A stretch of 64,000 bases of DNA from Thermodesulfovibrionales bacterium (GCA_026417875.1 JAOACK010000004.1:6244-70243), one strand, 5' to 3'. Shown: positions 1-11,007, counted from the stretch's first letter. Notes: generated by a model not told the origin, from the letters alone. Translations and numbers: made by a program.

Positions 1-1450
<1,450 letters not shown>

Positions 1451-1526
1451 CTATTAGCTCTTTGCATCTGAATGATCGTTCTATTTTAATATTCCATAAA
1501 TTAATTGTTGCTCTTACCTTTTATCA

Positions 1527-1946
1527 TTAATCCTCATGAATAATAGTGTATTTAAAAGAGACTTTTGTATCACCCTCAAGGGTTGCCTTAACAGAACAGT
1601 ATTTCTCCATCGAGAGCTCTATAGCCCTTTTTACAGCCTCTTCAGACAGATTTTTACCCTTAAGTCTGAATTCTATATTTACATCAGTAAATCTCTTTGG
1701 ATACTCCTCTGCTTTTTTACCATCTACAATTATCTCAAGTCCTTCCAGCTCCTGCCTCTTTTTCTGTAAGATTGATACCACATCCATTCCAGTACATCCA
1801 CCAAGACCAAGGAGAAGAAGTTCCATTGGTCTTGGCCCTGTATTTTCACCTCCAAAAGCTCTGTCTCCATCCATCACAATTGCATGGCCTGTTTCAGATT
1901 CACCAACAAACTGTAGACCCTTAACATGTATGACCTTTGCCTTCAT
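1527..1946 (-). CDS. OsmC/Ohr family peroxiredoxin-like protein
   Basis: 139 aa. The two conserved Cys contexts are present (LGGCTGMDV and EKYCSV), and the size is typical of OsmC-like proteins. Confidence 0.8.
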   Translation of the reverse strand: MKAKVIHVKGLQFVGESETGHAIVMDGDRAFGGENTGPRPMELLLLGLGGCTGMDVVSILQKKRQELEGLEIIVDGKKAEEYPKRFTDVNIEFRLKGKNLSEEAVKRAIELSMEKYCSVKATLEGDTKVSFKYTIIHED

Positions 1947-2216
1947 AGAACCTCCTTATTCTTTTTTGTTAAATATCCTAACAAAAAGACTCACAGGATA
2001 ACAAGGGTTAAAATTAATTATCCCAGTAAAAGGACCGGATTATAAAATAAAAGAACAGGGTGTTCTTCTTCCCGGAATGTACTAATCTGTTATTAAAATC
2101 AGTTAAGATTTTAGCCGGATAGAGTCATTAATTTTGTATGAAATTATAGTTCTTCATATAAAATTTTATGGTAAAATAAAGAAACTTACCTGAACCTAAA
2201 TAAGGAGGAAATAGAG

Positions 2217-3653
2217 ATGAGAAAATTATTACTTACAGTATCCATATTTTCTATAATTGCAGGCCTTATTGCTGGTCTGATCCTTGCTTCAAACCTTAAT
2301 ATACAGAGTCTCGTTTATTCAAGCCCGAAAATTCCTAAAGAATCCGTTGACTTTCTTACAAAAACTGGAGAGGCAATGGCCTCTATTGTTGAGGCGGTGA
2401 AACCAGCAGTTGTCAATATCTCAACTGTTAAAACAGTAAGGCTGAGAGATCCTTTTTTTGATGATCCCTTTTTCAGAAGATTTTTCGGTGAACCATTCGG
2501 AATACCCAGGGAGAGAAGGCAGACAGGCCTTGGCTCAGGAGTTATAGTGGATCCATCTGGATATATACTCACAAATAATCATGTAATAAGAGGAGCTGAT
2601 GAGATAAGGGTAACACTCTTTGACAAAAGGGAATTTAAAGGAAAGGTTATCGGAACAGATCCCAAGACAGACCTTGCTGTTGTGAAGATAGATGCAAAAG
2701 ACCTTCCCTATCTGGAGTTCGGTGATTCCGATAAATTAAAGGTCGGGGAACTCGTGATAGCAATAGGTAACCCTTACGGACTCAATCAGACAGTTACAAT
2801 GGGTATTGTCAGTGCCACAGGAAGAGCGAATGTTGGTATTGCAGACTATGAAGATTTTATCCAGACAGATGCTGCAATAAACCCGGGCAATTCAGGTGGT
2901 GCATTAGTTAATGTAAGGGGTGAGCTTGTGGGTATCAATACAGCCATATTCAGCACTACCGGTGGTTACCAGGGAATAGGTTTTGCAATTCCCTCAAACA
3001 TGGCAAAGACTGTGATGGAACAGCTTATCAAGCATAAGAAGGTTGTTAGAGGATGGCTCGGTGTATCCATTCAGGCACTAACTCCCGAGATGAAGAAACA
3101 TTTCGGTCTTAAGGAAGACAGGGGAGTTCTTATAAACCAGATATTTGAGAACAGTCCTGCTGAGAAGGCAGGCCTGAAGGAAGAGGATATAATTCTCCAG
3201 TATAATGGAAAGGACATAACTGATCCCACTCAGCTCAGAAACCTTGTGGCAGGCACTCCTCCTGGAAAAGAAGTAGAGTTAAAGATATTCAGGGAAGGAA
3301 AAACACTTTCAATTAAAGTGACTATAGAAGAATTACCTCAGGAGGTTGTTGCTGCAAGGGGTGAATATGAAAATGTCCTGAGAGGAGTAGTGGTCCAGAA
3401 CATTACACCTGAAATTAGAAAAGAGCTACAGCTTCCTTCAAGGGTTACAGGTGTTATAGTAACTGATATATCGGAAGACAGTCCTGCACAGGGCTATTTA
3501 CAGAAAGGTGATGTGATAATGGCAATAAACAGAACCAGGGTGAATAATATAAAGGATTACCAAAACATTGTCTCAAAACTTAAAGATGGAGATGTACTTC
3601 TCTTTATATACAGGGATGGCCAGACATTTCATCTAACCCTGTCTATGGAATAA
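2217..3653 (+). CDS. degP: Do/DegP/HtrA family periplasmic serine protease with two PDZ domains
   Basis: N-terminal signal anchor. Catalytic His (TNNHV), Asp (TDLAVV) and Ser (GNSGGAL) contexts are present. Two PDZ-like C-terminal repeats. AGGAGG precedes the ATG. Confidence 0.93.
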   Translation: MRKLLLTVSIFSIIAGLIAGLILASNLNIQSLVYSSPKIPKESVDFLTKTGEAMASIVEAVKPAVVNISTVKTVRLRDPFFDDPFFRRFFGEPFGIPRERRQTGLGSGVIVDPSGYILTNNHVIRGADEIRVTLFDKREFKGKVIGTDPKTDLAVVKIDAKDLPYLEFGDSDKLKVGELVIAIGNPYGLNQTVTMGIVSATGRANVGIADYEDFIQTDAAINPGNSGGALVNVRGELVGINTAIFSTTGGYQGIGFAIPSNMAKTVMEQLIKHKKVVRGWLGVSIQALTPEMKKHFGLKEDRGVLINQIFENSPAEKAGLKEEDIILQYNGKDITDPTQLRNLVAGTPPGKEVELKIFREGKTLSIKVTIEELPQEVVAARGEYENVLRGVVVQNITPEIRKELQLPSRVTGVIVTDISEDSPAQGYLQKGDVIMAINRTRVNNIKDYQNIVSKLKDGDVLLFIYRDGQTFHLTLSME

Positions 3654-3654
3654 A

Positions 3655-4809
3655 ATGTCCCGTTTCAGATATGCTGGATACAGGACTGACGGCTCAAAGG
3701 TTGAAGGAGTAATTGAGGCCTCTGAGTTAGCAGAGGCCTCAATTAAATTAAAAGAACTGGGAATATATCCAAAACTTCTTATACCGGAAAAAAAGCCTTC
3801 ATCAAAAAGAGAGAGTCTCGTCCACATAACAAGACAGCTTTCCACGCTCCTCGGTGCGGGTGTTTCCCTTGTGGATGCCTTAAAAAGTATTGCACAGGAG
3901 TGCTCTCCTTCTCTATCAGGGATTATAAATGAGATAAGAGATAAGGTCTCAGGAGGTACCTCTTTATGGAAAGCCCTTGAGGAGAGTAAGTTATTCCCCG
4001 AGTTTTACATTAACATGGTAAAGGGTGCTGAAATGAGTGGAGAGCTTTCCCCTGTTCTTGAAAAGATTGCCCTCTATCTTGAATCACAGGAAAATATCAG
4101 ATCAAGGCTTAAAACAGCAATGATATATCCCTCTATAATGCTCATTGTTGCAGCAGGTATGCTTTTCTTTATATTTCTATATGTAATGCCACGGATTGTG
4201 AAGATCTTTGAAGACACCAGAGCAAGTCTCCCCCTTATCACAAAAATACTAATCGGTATAACAAAATTTATTAAACTCTTCTGGTTTCTTATACCTCTGA
4301 TTATAATAGTGACTATCTACGGAATAAGATATCTAAAGAATAAAAAACCTGAATTGATAGATAAACTTCTTCTGAGAGAACCACTTGGAATCCTCCTGCC
4401 ACTCTATATATCAAGATTCACAAAGACCCTTGCCTTTCTCCTTGAAGGCGGGGTACCGGTGATAAAGGCCCTAGAGGTATCAGCAAGAACAACGGGAAAT
4501 AGAATTATTGAAAAAAATATCCTTCAGGCATCAAGAACAGTTGCAGAAGGTAGAAGGCTTTCAGCATCCCTTCAGGGATTTCCTCCTGTGCTCGTTGAGT
4601 TAATAGCAACAGGTGAAAAGAGCGGCATCTTAATAGAAAACCTTAAAAAAGCTTCAACCTCCTATGAGGAAGAGTTTTCAAGAAGATTAACATCAGCTAT
4701 TAATTTTCTTGAACCTGTTATGATAATAGTTATGGGAATCGTTGTTCTTTTTGTTGTACTTGGTGTTGTCCTTCCAATATTTGAGTTGAATCAATTAATA
4801 AGATTATGA
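3655..4809 (+). CDS. gspF: type II secretion system F family inner-membrane platform protein (GspF/PilC-like)
   Basis: 384 aa. Typical N-terminus (FRYAGYRTDGSKVEGVIEA). Duplicated T2SF domain pattern with 3 hydrophobic segments. Starts 1 nt after the degP stop. Confidence 0.85.
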   Translation: MSRFRYAGYRTDGSKVEGVIEASELAEASIKLKELGIYPKLLIPEKKPSSKRESLVHITRQLSTLLGAGVSLVDALKSIAQECSPSLSGIINEIRDKVSGGTSLWKALEESKLFPEFYINMVKGAEMSGELSPVLEKIALYLESQENIRSRLKTAMIYPSIMLIVAAGMLFFIFLYVMPRIVKIFEDTRASLPLITKILIGITKFIKLFWFLIPLIIIVTIYGIRYLKNKKPELIDKLLLREPLGILLPLYISRFTKTLAFLLEGGVPVIKALEVSARTTGNRIIEKNILQASRTVAEGRRLSASLQGFPPVLVELIATGEKSGILIENLKKASTSYEEEFSRRLTSAINFLEPVMIIVMGIVVLFVVLGVVLPIFELNQLIRL

Positions 4810-5660
4810 GCGATGTGCCAAAGAGGCAAATAGTAATAGTAACAGGGCTCTCAGGTTCTGGAAAGAGTGTAGCCCTCAGGGCTCTGGAGGATGGAGGATA
4901 TTTCTGTGTTGACAATTTTCCCCTCACCCTCCTTCCGGCATTTCTGAAACTCCTTCCTGAAGGTAGCGAGATCCAGAGAATAGGCATAGGAGTGGATGTG
5001 AGGGAAAAGGACTTTTTAAAAGAGGCAAAGGAACTTATATCTTCTTTGAAAAAAGAGGTCTTTATAGAGATAATATTTCTTGAGGCTGACCCTGAGGTTA
5101 TAAAGCGGAGATACAGGGAGACAAGAAGACCCCATCCACTGGGAGATGACCTTGACAGAGCTATTGAAAAAGAAAAGAAAAGCCTGCTTGTACTCAGGGA
5201 TATGGCAGACAGGATACAGGATACATCCAACATGTCTCCCCATGAATTAAGACACTGGATACTAACAAATTTTTCAAAGGAGGAACAGAGAGGACCTGTT
5301 GTGACCCTTATTTCCTTCGGTTACAAATACGGTATTCCCCAGAATATAGACATGCTCTTTGATGTAAGATTTCTCCCCAATCCTTATTTTGTACCCGAGC
5401 TGAGTGAAAAAAATGGTCTTCAGGATGAGGTACGGGATTTTGTTCTGAAAAGTCCTGAAACTAAAGAACTTCTTAATAGGCTGAGCAATCTGTTAGAATA
5501 TCTTATCCCTCAGTTCATAAAAGAAGGAAAAAACTATATCGTTATAGCAGTTGGCTGCACGGGTGGAAAACACAGATCACCGGTAATTGTTGAGGAGCTC
5601 AAAAAGGATATAGAAAAATTTCCTCTAAAGGTCTCTGTTATACACAGGGAGCTTACATGA
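4806..5660 (+). CDS. rapZ: RNase adapter / nucleotide-binding protein RapZ (YhbJ)
   Basis: Walker A VTGLSGSGKSVALRALED, C-terminal CTGGKHRS motif, 284 aa. 4-nt overlap with gspF. Confidence 0.92.
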   Translation: MSDVPKRQIVIVTGLSGSGKSVALRALEDGGYFCVDNFPLTLLPAFLKLLPEGSEIQRIGIGVDVREKDFLKEAKELISSLKKEVFIEIIFLEADPEVIKRRYRETRRPHPLGDDLDRAIEKEKKSLLVLRDMADRIQDTSNMSPHELRHWILTNFSKEEQRGPVVTLISFGYKYGIPQNIDMLFDVRFLPNPYFVPELSEKNGLQDEVRDFVLKSPETKELLNRLSNLLEYLIPQFIKEGKNYIVIAVGCTGGKHRSPVIVEELKKDIEKFPLKVSVIHRELT

Positions 5661-6778
5661 TATATTTAGACTATAATGCCACAACACCGGTTGACCCGAG
5701 AGTGCAGGAGGCTATGATCAATGCCCTCAAGGAATTCGGTAATCCGTCAAGCTCACATCTCTTTGGAAGGAGGGCAAAATTTATTATTGATCAGGCAAGG
5801 ACAAATGTCGCAAAGCTTATAGGTGCAAAACAAGGGGAGATAATTTTTACATCAGGAGGAACTGAATCAAATAATCTTGCAATAATCGGTACAGCCCTGA
5901 GATTTGGCAGGGGTCATATAGTAAGCTCCAGCATAGAACATCCCTCTGTGCTCAATCCTCTGAGATACCTTGAATCCCTGGGATTCACTGTTACCTATCT
6001 TCCTGTAAACCCAAAAGGAATGGTAGAACCAGATGATGTGGTTAATGCAATCAGAAAGGATACCATACTTGTAACCATAATGCATGCAAATAATGAAACA
6101 GGTGTAATACAGCCCATATCGGAAATCGGAAAGATAGTAAAAGAAAAGGGTATACTTTTTCACACAGATGCAGCCCAGACCATCGGTAAGATTAATACCT
6201 CTGTAGAAGAGCTTAATGTATCAATGCTCACCATAGCATCACATAAATTCTACGGTCCAAAGGGTGTAGGTGCCCTCTATATAAGACAGGGTGTTGAAAT
6301 AAAACCAATCCTACACGGTGCAGGTCATGAAATGGGTCTGAGACCCGGAACAGAAAATATCACTGGTATTGCAGGCCTAGGCAAAGCAGCTGAAATTGCT
6401 ACCGCTGAACTGCCTGCATGGAAAAGCAGGATTCAGAATATTACAGAAAAACTGCTTGACCTCCTACTTTCAATAGAGGGTATAAACCTGAATGGACACA
6501 GAAACTTCAGACTTCCCAACACAATAAATATATCTATTTCTGGAATAGAAGGTGATGACCTTGTTTCGAGATTATCTGACAGGGTGGCTATATCAGCAGG
6601 TGCTGCCTGCCATGCAGGAAAAAAGAAACCGAGCCATGTCCTCAAGGCAATGGGACTTACAGATGAACAGGCGATCTCTTCAGTAAGAATAACTACAGGA
6701 AAAGATACATCGGAAGACGAAATAGTCCAGGCCTTTGAGATCATTAAATACGAAATAAACAGACTTAGGAACTCATGA
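5657..6778 (+). CDS. nifS: class V aminotransferase, NifS/IscS-like cysteine desulfurase
   Basis: IYLDYNATTP start, PLP lysine context (SHKFYGPKG), active-site Cys loop (SAGAACHAG), 373 aa. Confidence 0.88.
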   Translation: MIYLDYNATTPVDPRVQEAMINALKEFGNPSSSHLFGRRAKFIIDQARTNVAKLIGAKQGEIIFTSGGTESNNLAIIGTALRFGRGHIVSSSIEHPSVLNPLRYLESLGFTVTYLPVNPKGMVEPDDVVNAIRKDTILVTIMHANNETGVIQPISEIGKIVKEKGILFHTDAAQTIGKINTSVEELNVSMLTIASHKFYGPKGVGALYIRQGVEIKPILHGAGHEMGLRPGTENITGIAGLGKAAEIATAELPAWKSRIQNITEKLLDLLLSIEGINLNGHRNFRLPNTINISISGIEGDDLVSRLSDRVAISAGAACHAGKKKPSHVLKAMGLTDEQAISSVRITTGKDTSEDEIVQAFEIIKYEINRLRNS

Positions 6779-7473
6779 ACATCACAATACTCGAAAAAGG
6801 AGACCTTTCCACAGATATTGTGTACAGAGATAAGACCCTATCGGTTGATTCCGAAATTCAGGGAACCAAGTTATTTGTCAAGGTTACTTCAGAAAAACAG
6901 ATCATCTCCATAAGGACAAAAGAATCCGTCTGCACCCTGGAAGATGCAATAAGAGAACATAGAAATATTGTAGAGCATATTAAAAGGATAATAATGGCAG
7001 AAAACCTCGGGGAGTATATAAAGAAAATTCCTGAACTGTTAGAAAGAAAAAATTTCAGTGATGCAATTCTCCTTTTAAGAGAGGTTAGATTCTTTCATCC
7101 CTCAGATCCCTATCTCATGTGCCTTGACGGTTATCTTACAGCACTTGTGGAGAAGAGGTACAGGGATGGTATAAATCTTTGCAACCAGGCTATTGCCATT
7201 TACAGTAAGAAGGCTGGCATAGGAAAGGAATTTTTTCTACCCTTCTTTTATATCTATTTAGGAAGAACCTATCTTCTTTCAGGGAATAAAAGACTCGCTG
7301 TTGATACCTTTTATAAAATTCTCAGGATAGACAGTGAAAACAGAGAGGCTATCAGAGAATTATCAAATCTCGGGATAAGGCAGCGACCGGTTATACCATT
7401 TTTAAAAAGGAGCAATCCCATAAATAAATATCTGGGTATTCTCAGGGCTAAACTTTCAGGAAAAAACAGGTGA
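6775..7473 (+). CDS. hypothetical protein with TPR-like C-terminal half
   Basis: 232-aa ORF with ATGA overlap to nifS. The helical-repeat-like C-terminus (YLGRTYLLSGNKRLAVDTFYKILRIDSEN) resembles TPR. I recognise no other motif. Confidence 0.55.
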   Translation: MNITILEKGDLSTDIVYRDKTLSVDSEIQGTKLFVKVTSEKQIISIRTKESVCTLEDAIREHRNIVEHIKRIIMAENLGEYIKKIPELLERKNFSDAILLLREVRFFHPSDPYLMCLDGYLTALVEKRYRDGINLCNQAIAIYSKKAGIGKEFFLPFFYIYLGRTYLLSGNKRLAVDTFYKILRIDSENREAIRELSNLGIRQRPVIPFLKRSNPINKYLGILRAKLSGKNR

Positions 7474-7485
7474 AAATAAATACCG

Positions 7486-8481
7486 ATGTCTGAAAAGATA
7501 CTCCTGGGTCATGGAAGCGGTGGAAAGCTCATGCATGAGCTCCTGAGGAAATATTTTCTTCCTCTTTTTTCCATAAAAGAAGCCACTGATGCTGCTGTCC
7601 TTGAGAAGATAAATGGAAGGCTTGCCTTTACCACAGATTCCTATGTTGTGACACCTTTATTCTTTCCTGGTGGTGATATCGGAGACCTTGCTGTGAACGG
7701 CACAGTGAATGACCTCGCTATGATGGGAGCAATACCACTTTATTTAACAGCAGGATTTATAATTGAAGAAGGATTTCCTGTTGAAGATCTCAAAAAAATA
7801 CTTTCATCCATGTCGAGGGCTGCTGAGAGTGCTGGTATCAAGATAGTGGCAGGTGATACAAAGGTTGTTGAAAAAGGAAAGGCAGACGGACTTTTTATTA
7901 ATACCTCCGGGGTGGGAATAGTACCTGATGGCATAGAGATAGGTCCAAAATATATAAAGCCAGGTGACAGGGTGATAATAAGCGGGCCGGTCGGAAATCA
8001 TGGTATAAGTATAATCTCAAAAAGAAATGGCCTCTCCTTTGATCCTCCTCTTCATAGTGATACAAAACCTCTTGCTCCTTTAGTAAAAAGACTTATAAAT
8101 GAATCCATTAATATACATGCCATGCGTGATCCTACAAGAGGTGGACTTGCAACAACCCTTAAAGAAATCGCTCTTGAAACAGGTCTATCCATCGAGATAG
8201 AAGAAGGTAAAATACCTGTTCTTCCACAGGTGAAGGGTGCATGTGATATACTCGGTCTTGACCCCCTTTATGTGGCAAATGAAGGCGTAATGGTTATATT
8301 TGTTCAAGAAGAGGATGCAGAGATGACATTAAATATTTTAAAAAATTCCGGTGAATACCTTGCATCAATAATCGGTACTGTAAAAGATAAACCGCCTGGA
8401 ACTGTGCTCCTTAAAACAGAGATAGGCGGTACAAGGCTAATAGACATGCTTTCTGGAGAACAGCTTCCAAGGATATGCTGA
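7486..8481 (+). CDS. hypE: hydrogenase maturation protein HypE (carbamoyl dehydratase)
   Basis: PurM-like fold sequence (ILLGHGSGGKL, DPTRGGLA) and the diagnostic C-terminal PRIC motif. 331 aa. Confidence 0.9.
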   Translation: MSEKILLGHGSGGKLMHELLRKYFLPLFSIKEATDAAVLEKINGRLAFTTDSYVVTPLFFPGGDIGDLAVNGTVNDLAMMGAIPLYLTAGFIIEEGFPVEDLKKILSSMSRAAESAGIKIVAGDTKVVEKGKADGLFINTSGVGIVPDGIEIGPKYIKPGDRVIISGPVGNHGISIISKRNGLSFDPPLHSDTKPLAPLVKRLINESINIHAMRDPTRGGLATTLKEIALETGLSIEIEEGKIPVLPQVKGACDILGLDPLYVANEGVMVIFVQEEDAEMTLNILKNSGEYLASIIGTVKDKPPGTVLLKTEIGGTRLIDMLSGEQLPRIC

Positions 8482-9071
8482 ATTTTTCTGACCTTGTTGC
8501 ACTCCTGACAATCATGGTCTGGCCCGTTGTACCCCTCTTCTGGATTCCTGTTCACGGTCTATCAAAGATCTTTAAAAGAATCGGTCTCATAACCTATATA
8601 CTGCCACTTTTGCTCTGGCCACCTCTTGCCTTTTTTATTTATCTAAATAAAGATTATCTTCTCAGCCTGAGGATTAAAATACCTGAGGCGCTAATTATCA
8701 CAGGAATATTATTAACAGCCCTTGGAACCCTTCTACATCTATGGACAGGTAAACTCCTCGGGCTCAAGGGACTCATAGGTATTCCAGAGGTATCAGAGAA
8801 GGTAAAAGGGAGACTTGTCACAGAAGGACCATTTTCAATTGTCAGACATCCTACCTACATTGCCCATACAGTCATGTTTACAGGAATATTTTTATTCACA
8901 GGAAATCTTGCTGTTGGAATCCTCACACTCCTTGATTTTCTTATCGTAAACCTTATTATCATTCCACTTGAGGAGAAGGAATTAAAAGAGAGATTTGGTG
9001 AAGAATTCAGAAGTTATTCAGAAAGGGTTAGAAACAGGTTTTTTCCATTCACTTGTAGAAAGTATAAATAA
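8475..9071 (+). CDS. isoprenylcysteine carboxyl methyltransferase (ICMT)-family membrane methyltransferase
   Basis: Multi-TM 198-aa protein with LVTEGPFSIVRHPTYIAHTVMF and a C-terminal EEKELKERFGEEFRSY motif, both typical of the ICMT/PEMT-like family. Confidence 0.75.
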   Translation: MLNFSDLVALLTIMVWPVVPLFWIPVHGLSKIFKRIGLITYILPLLLWPPLAFFIYLNKDYLLSLRIKIPEALIITGILLTALGTLLHLWTGKLLGLKGLIGIPEVSEKVKGRLVTEGPFSIVRHPTYIAHTVMFTGIFLFTGNLAVGILTLLDFLIVNLIIIPLEEKELKERFGEEFRSYSERVRNRFFPFTCRKYK

Positions 9072-9072
9072 T

Positions 9073-9762
9073 TTATCTTCTCCTTCCTACAGGCATGAGA
9101 TAAAGAGGATGTTCTTCATCGGGCATATTCAAAACCTTTTTTACTGCCTCATCAATGAAAGCACCAATCGCAACTGTTCCAAGATTCAGAGACTGTGCCT
9201 GCAGATAGATATTCTGCGATGCATGACCTGCTTCCATATGAACATACCTTTTACCTCTTTCTCCATATTTTTTTGTTGTCCGTTCATAAACAGCAGAAAG
9301 TACAATAACAGCAGAGCCCTTACCGACCCAGTACTGTCCTGAAGCAGCAAGGATAAGCTCTTTTTTAAAATCACCAGATTTAACCCTTCTGAGTTCATGT
9401 CTGACAGGATTGTACTTGTAAACCCCTTTTGTAATCTCTCTAACATTGAAAATAACCACATAAACCTCAAGGGGATAAAGCGCACCGGCTGATGGTGCGG
9501 TCCTGAACCCTTCGGGATCAGTTATTCCCTGAGCTGCCCAGAGTAACTGGGAGATCTCATTAATTGTTAATGGATCATCTTTAAGATCTCTAATAGATCT
9601 TCTCTCAAGCAGGGCTCTTTCTACAGAGATATTACCATCCTGTTTCGGTAATGGAAGTTTTATCTTCTCATAATTTAAATCTTTTTCCTGAGCAGGTGAT
9701 AAGCCGTAAAAATATCCTGCAATGGCGATAAGGGCCAAAATTATTACCATTCTTTTATTCAT
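9073..9762 (-). CDS. SagB/ThcOx-type nitroreductase-family dehydrogenase with N-terminal signal/anchor
   Basis: 229 aa. Motifs RRSIRD, LLWAAQGIT, PSAGALYPLEVY and EAGHASQNIYLQA match the SagB-type nitroreductase fold. The hydrophobic N-terminus is MVIILALIAIAGYFYG. Confidence 0.8.
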   Translation of the reverse strand: MNKRMVIILALIAIAGYFYGLSPAQEKDLNYEKIKLPLPKQDGNISVERALLERRSIRDLKDDPLTINEISQLLWAAQGITDPEGFRTAPSAGALYPLEVYVVIFNVREITKGVYKYNPVRHELRRVKSGDFKKELILAASGQYWVGKGSAVIVLSAVYERTTKKYGERGKRYVHMEAGHASQNIYLQAQSLNLGTVAIGAFIDEAVKKVLNMPDEEHPLYLMPVGRRR

Positions 9763-10014
9763 CTTTATTTAATTATAAACATAAAATTTATTTCTTTTAA
9801 GATTTCTTCTGCTTTTCTTTCATATTTATATTTTACAGTCCACTCACTGTTAGCAGATAATTAAGGCACATCCGGCAGATAAAATTATTAATCTCCAGAA
9901 GGAAATCTATAATTTTGCATATTTAAATGACATGTGTGCGAGCCCCGCACTCTTAAATTCAACAAAATATAAGATATTGACTTTTTAAAGGATTTCAAGC
10001 AAAATTATAATAAC

Positions 10015-11007
10015 ATGGCAAAGGAAGAAATTGAAAAACTGAAAGAAAAGGTTGAAAAAGATCCTCTTTCAAAACTCTTTGTTCCCCTTGCAGAGGAATA
10101 CAGAAAGATGGGCATGCTCGATGAAGCCATATCCGTACTTCTTAAAGGTCTGGAAAGTCAGCCCAGCTATATGACGGCGAGAGTTGCACTTGGAAAGATA
10201 TATCTAGAAAAGAAGATGCTCAGGGAGGCAAAAGAGGAATTCAAGAAGGTTGTTACCGCCATACCTGATAATCTGTTTGCTCTCAAAAAGATAGCAGAAA
10301 TCTCTGCTGAGCTTGGAGAAATACCAGAAGCCATTGATGCCTATAGCAGGATTTTAAAACTCAATCCCCTCGATGAAGAGGCAAAGCTAAATCTTGAAGA
10401 ACTGAAGTCAAAAAAGATTGAAGAAAGAATACCTGAACCTCCTGCATCAAAACCCATTGAGCTCAAATCTGAGCAGAAAACAACCAGTGCTCCACATGAG
10501 GAGAAAGAACCGGAACACTTTGAGCTTGAAGGTTTTATGCCATTGAGCCAGACCTCTTTCAGTGATGATGAATTTGAAAAATTTAAAAATGAATTTTATT
10601 CTAAAGAAATACTCCATGATGAAACTCCTGAGATGGTAGAAAGTACAACTGGGGAAATTGAAAAACCAGCTAATTCTATTCTTTCAGGAGCTGAACCTCC
10701 CACTGAAGAGATTCAAGAAATTCAGGAAATTTCGGAGGATGATTTTTTTATTGAGTCTTCTAAATCTGAGATGGAAGAATCAGTTCTTAATACTCAATAT
10801 TTTAAAGCTGACTCTTCTGAGCGTGAAACTATAAGGGATACTAAATATACTATTGAAAGAACAGAACCTGATTTTTCCTATCCAGATCGACTCATAGCGC
10901 AGGGTAACTATATCAAAGCATTGGAAGCCTACAAAAAAATGCTTGAAGATTATCCTGGTGACAGAAGAGTCATACAGAGGCTTGAAGAACTCAAGACAGC
11001 TTCTTAA
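10015..11007 (+). CDS. TPR-repeat protein with acidic low-complexity centre
   Basis: 330 aa. TPR-like repeats at both ends (EEYRKMGMLDEAISVLLKGLE; GNYIKALEAYKKMLEDYPGD). The middle is E/S/P-rich. Confidence 0.7.
   Translation: MAKEEIEKLKEKVEKDPLSKLFVPLAEEYRKMGMLDEAISVLLKGLESQPSYMTARVALGKIYLEKKMLREAKEEFKKVVTAIPDNLFALKKIAEISAELGEIPEAIDAYSRILKLNPLDEEAKLNLEELKSKKIEERIPEPPASKPIELKSEQKTTSAPHEEKEPEHFELEGFMPLSQTSFSDDEFEKFKNEFYSKEILHDETPEMVESTTGEIEKPANSILSGAEPPTEEIQEIQEISEDDFFIESSKSEMEESVLNTQYFKADSSERETIRDTKYTIERTEPDFSYPDRLIAQGNYIKALEAYKKMLEDYPGDRRVIQRLEELKTAS

Noticed and set aside
1546-2001. 151-aa plus-strand ORF (and 1536-1769, 1697-1924)
   Set aside because: Antisense to the OsmC-family gene. 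Low-complexity S/P/L composition.
4730-5233. 167-aa minus-strand ORF
   Set aside because: Antisense to rapZ, which has a clear Walker A and full-length similarity. Shadow ORF.
9944-9958. Small GC hairpin GTGCG-AGCCC-CGCAC in the AT-rich divergent region upstream of the TPR gene
   Set aside because: It has only a 5-bp stem and a single occurrence, with no flanking T-tract or partner motif. That is insufficient to call a feature.
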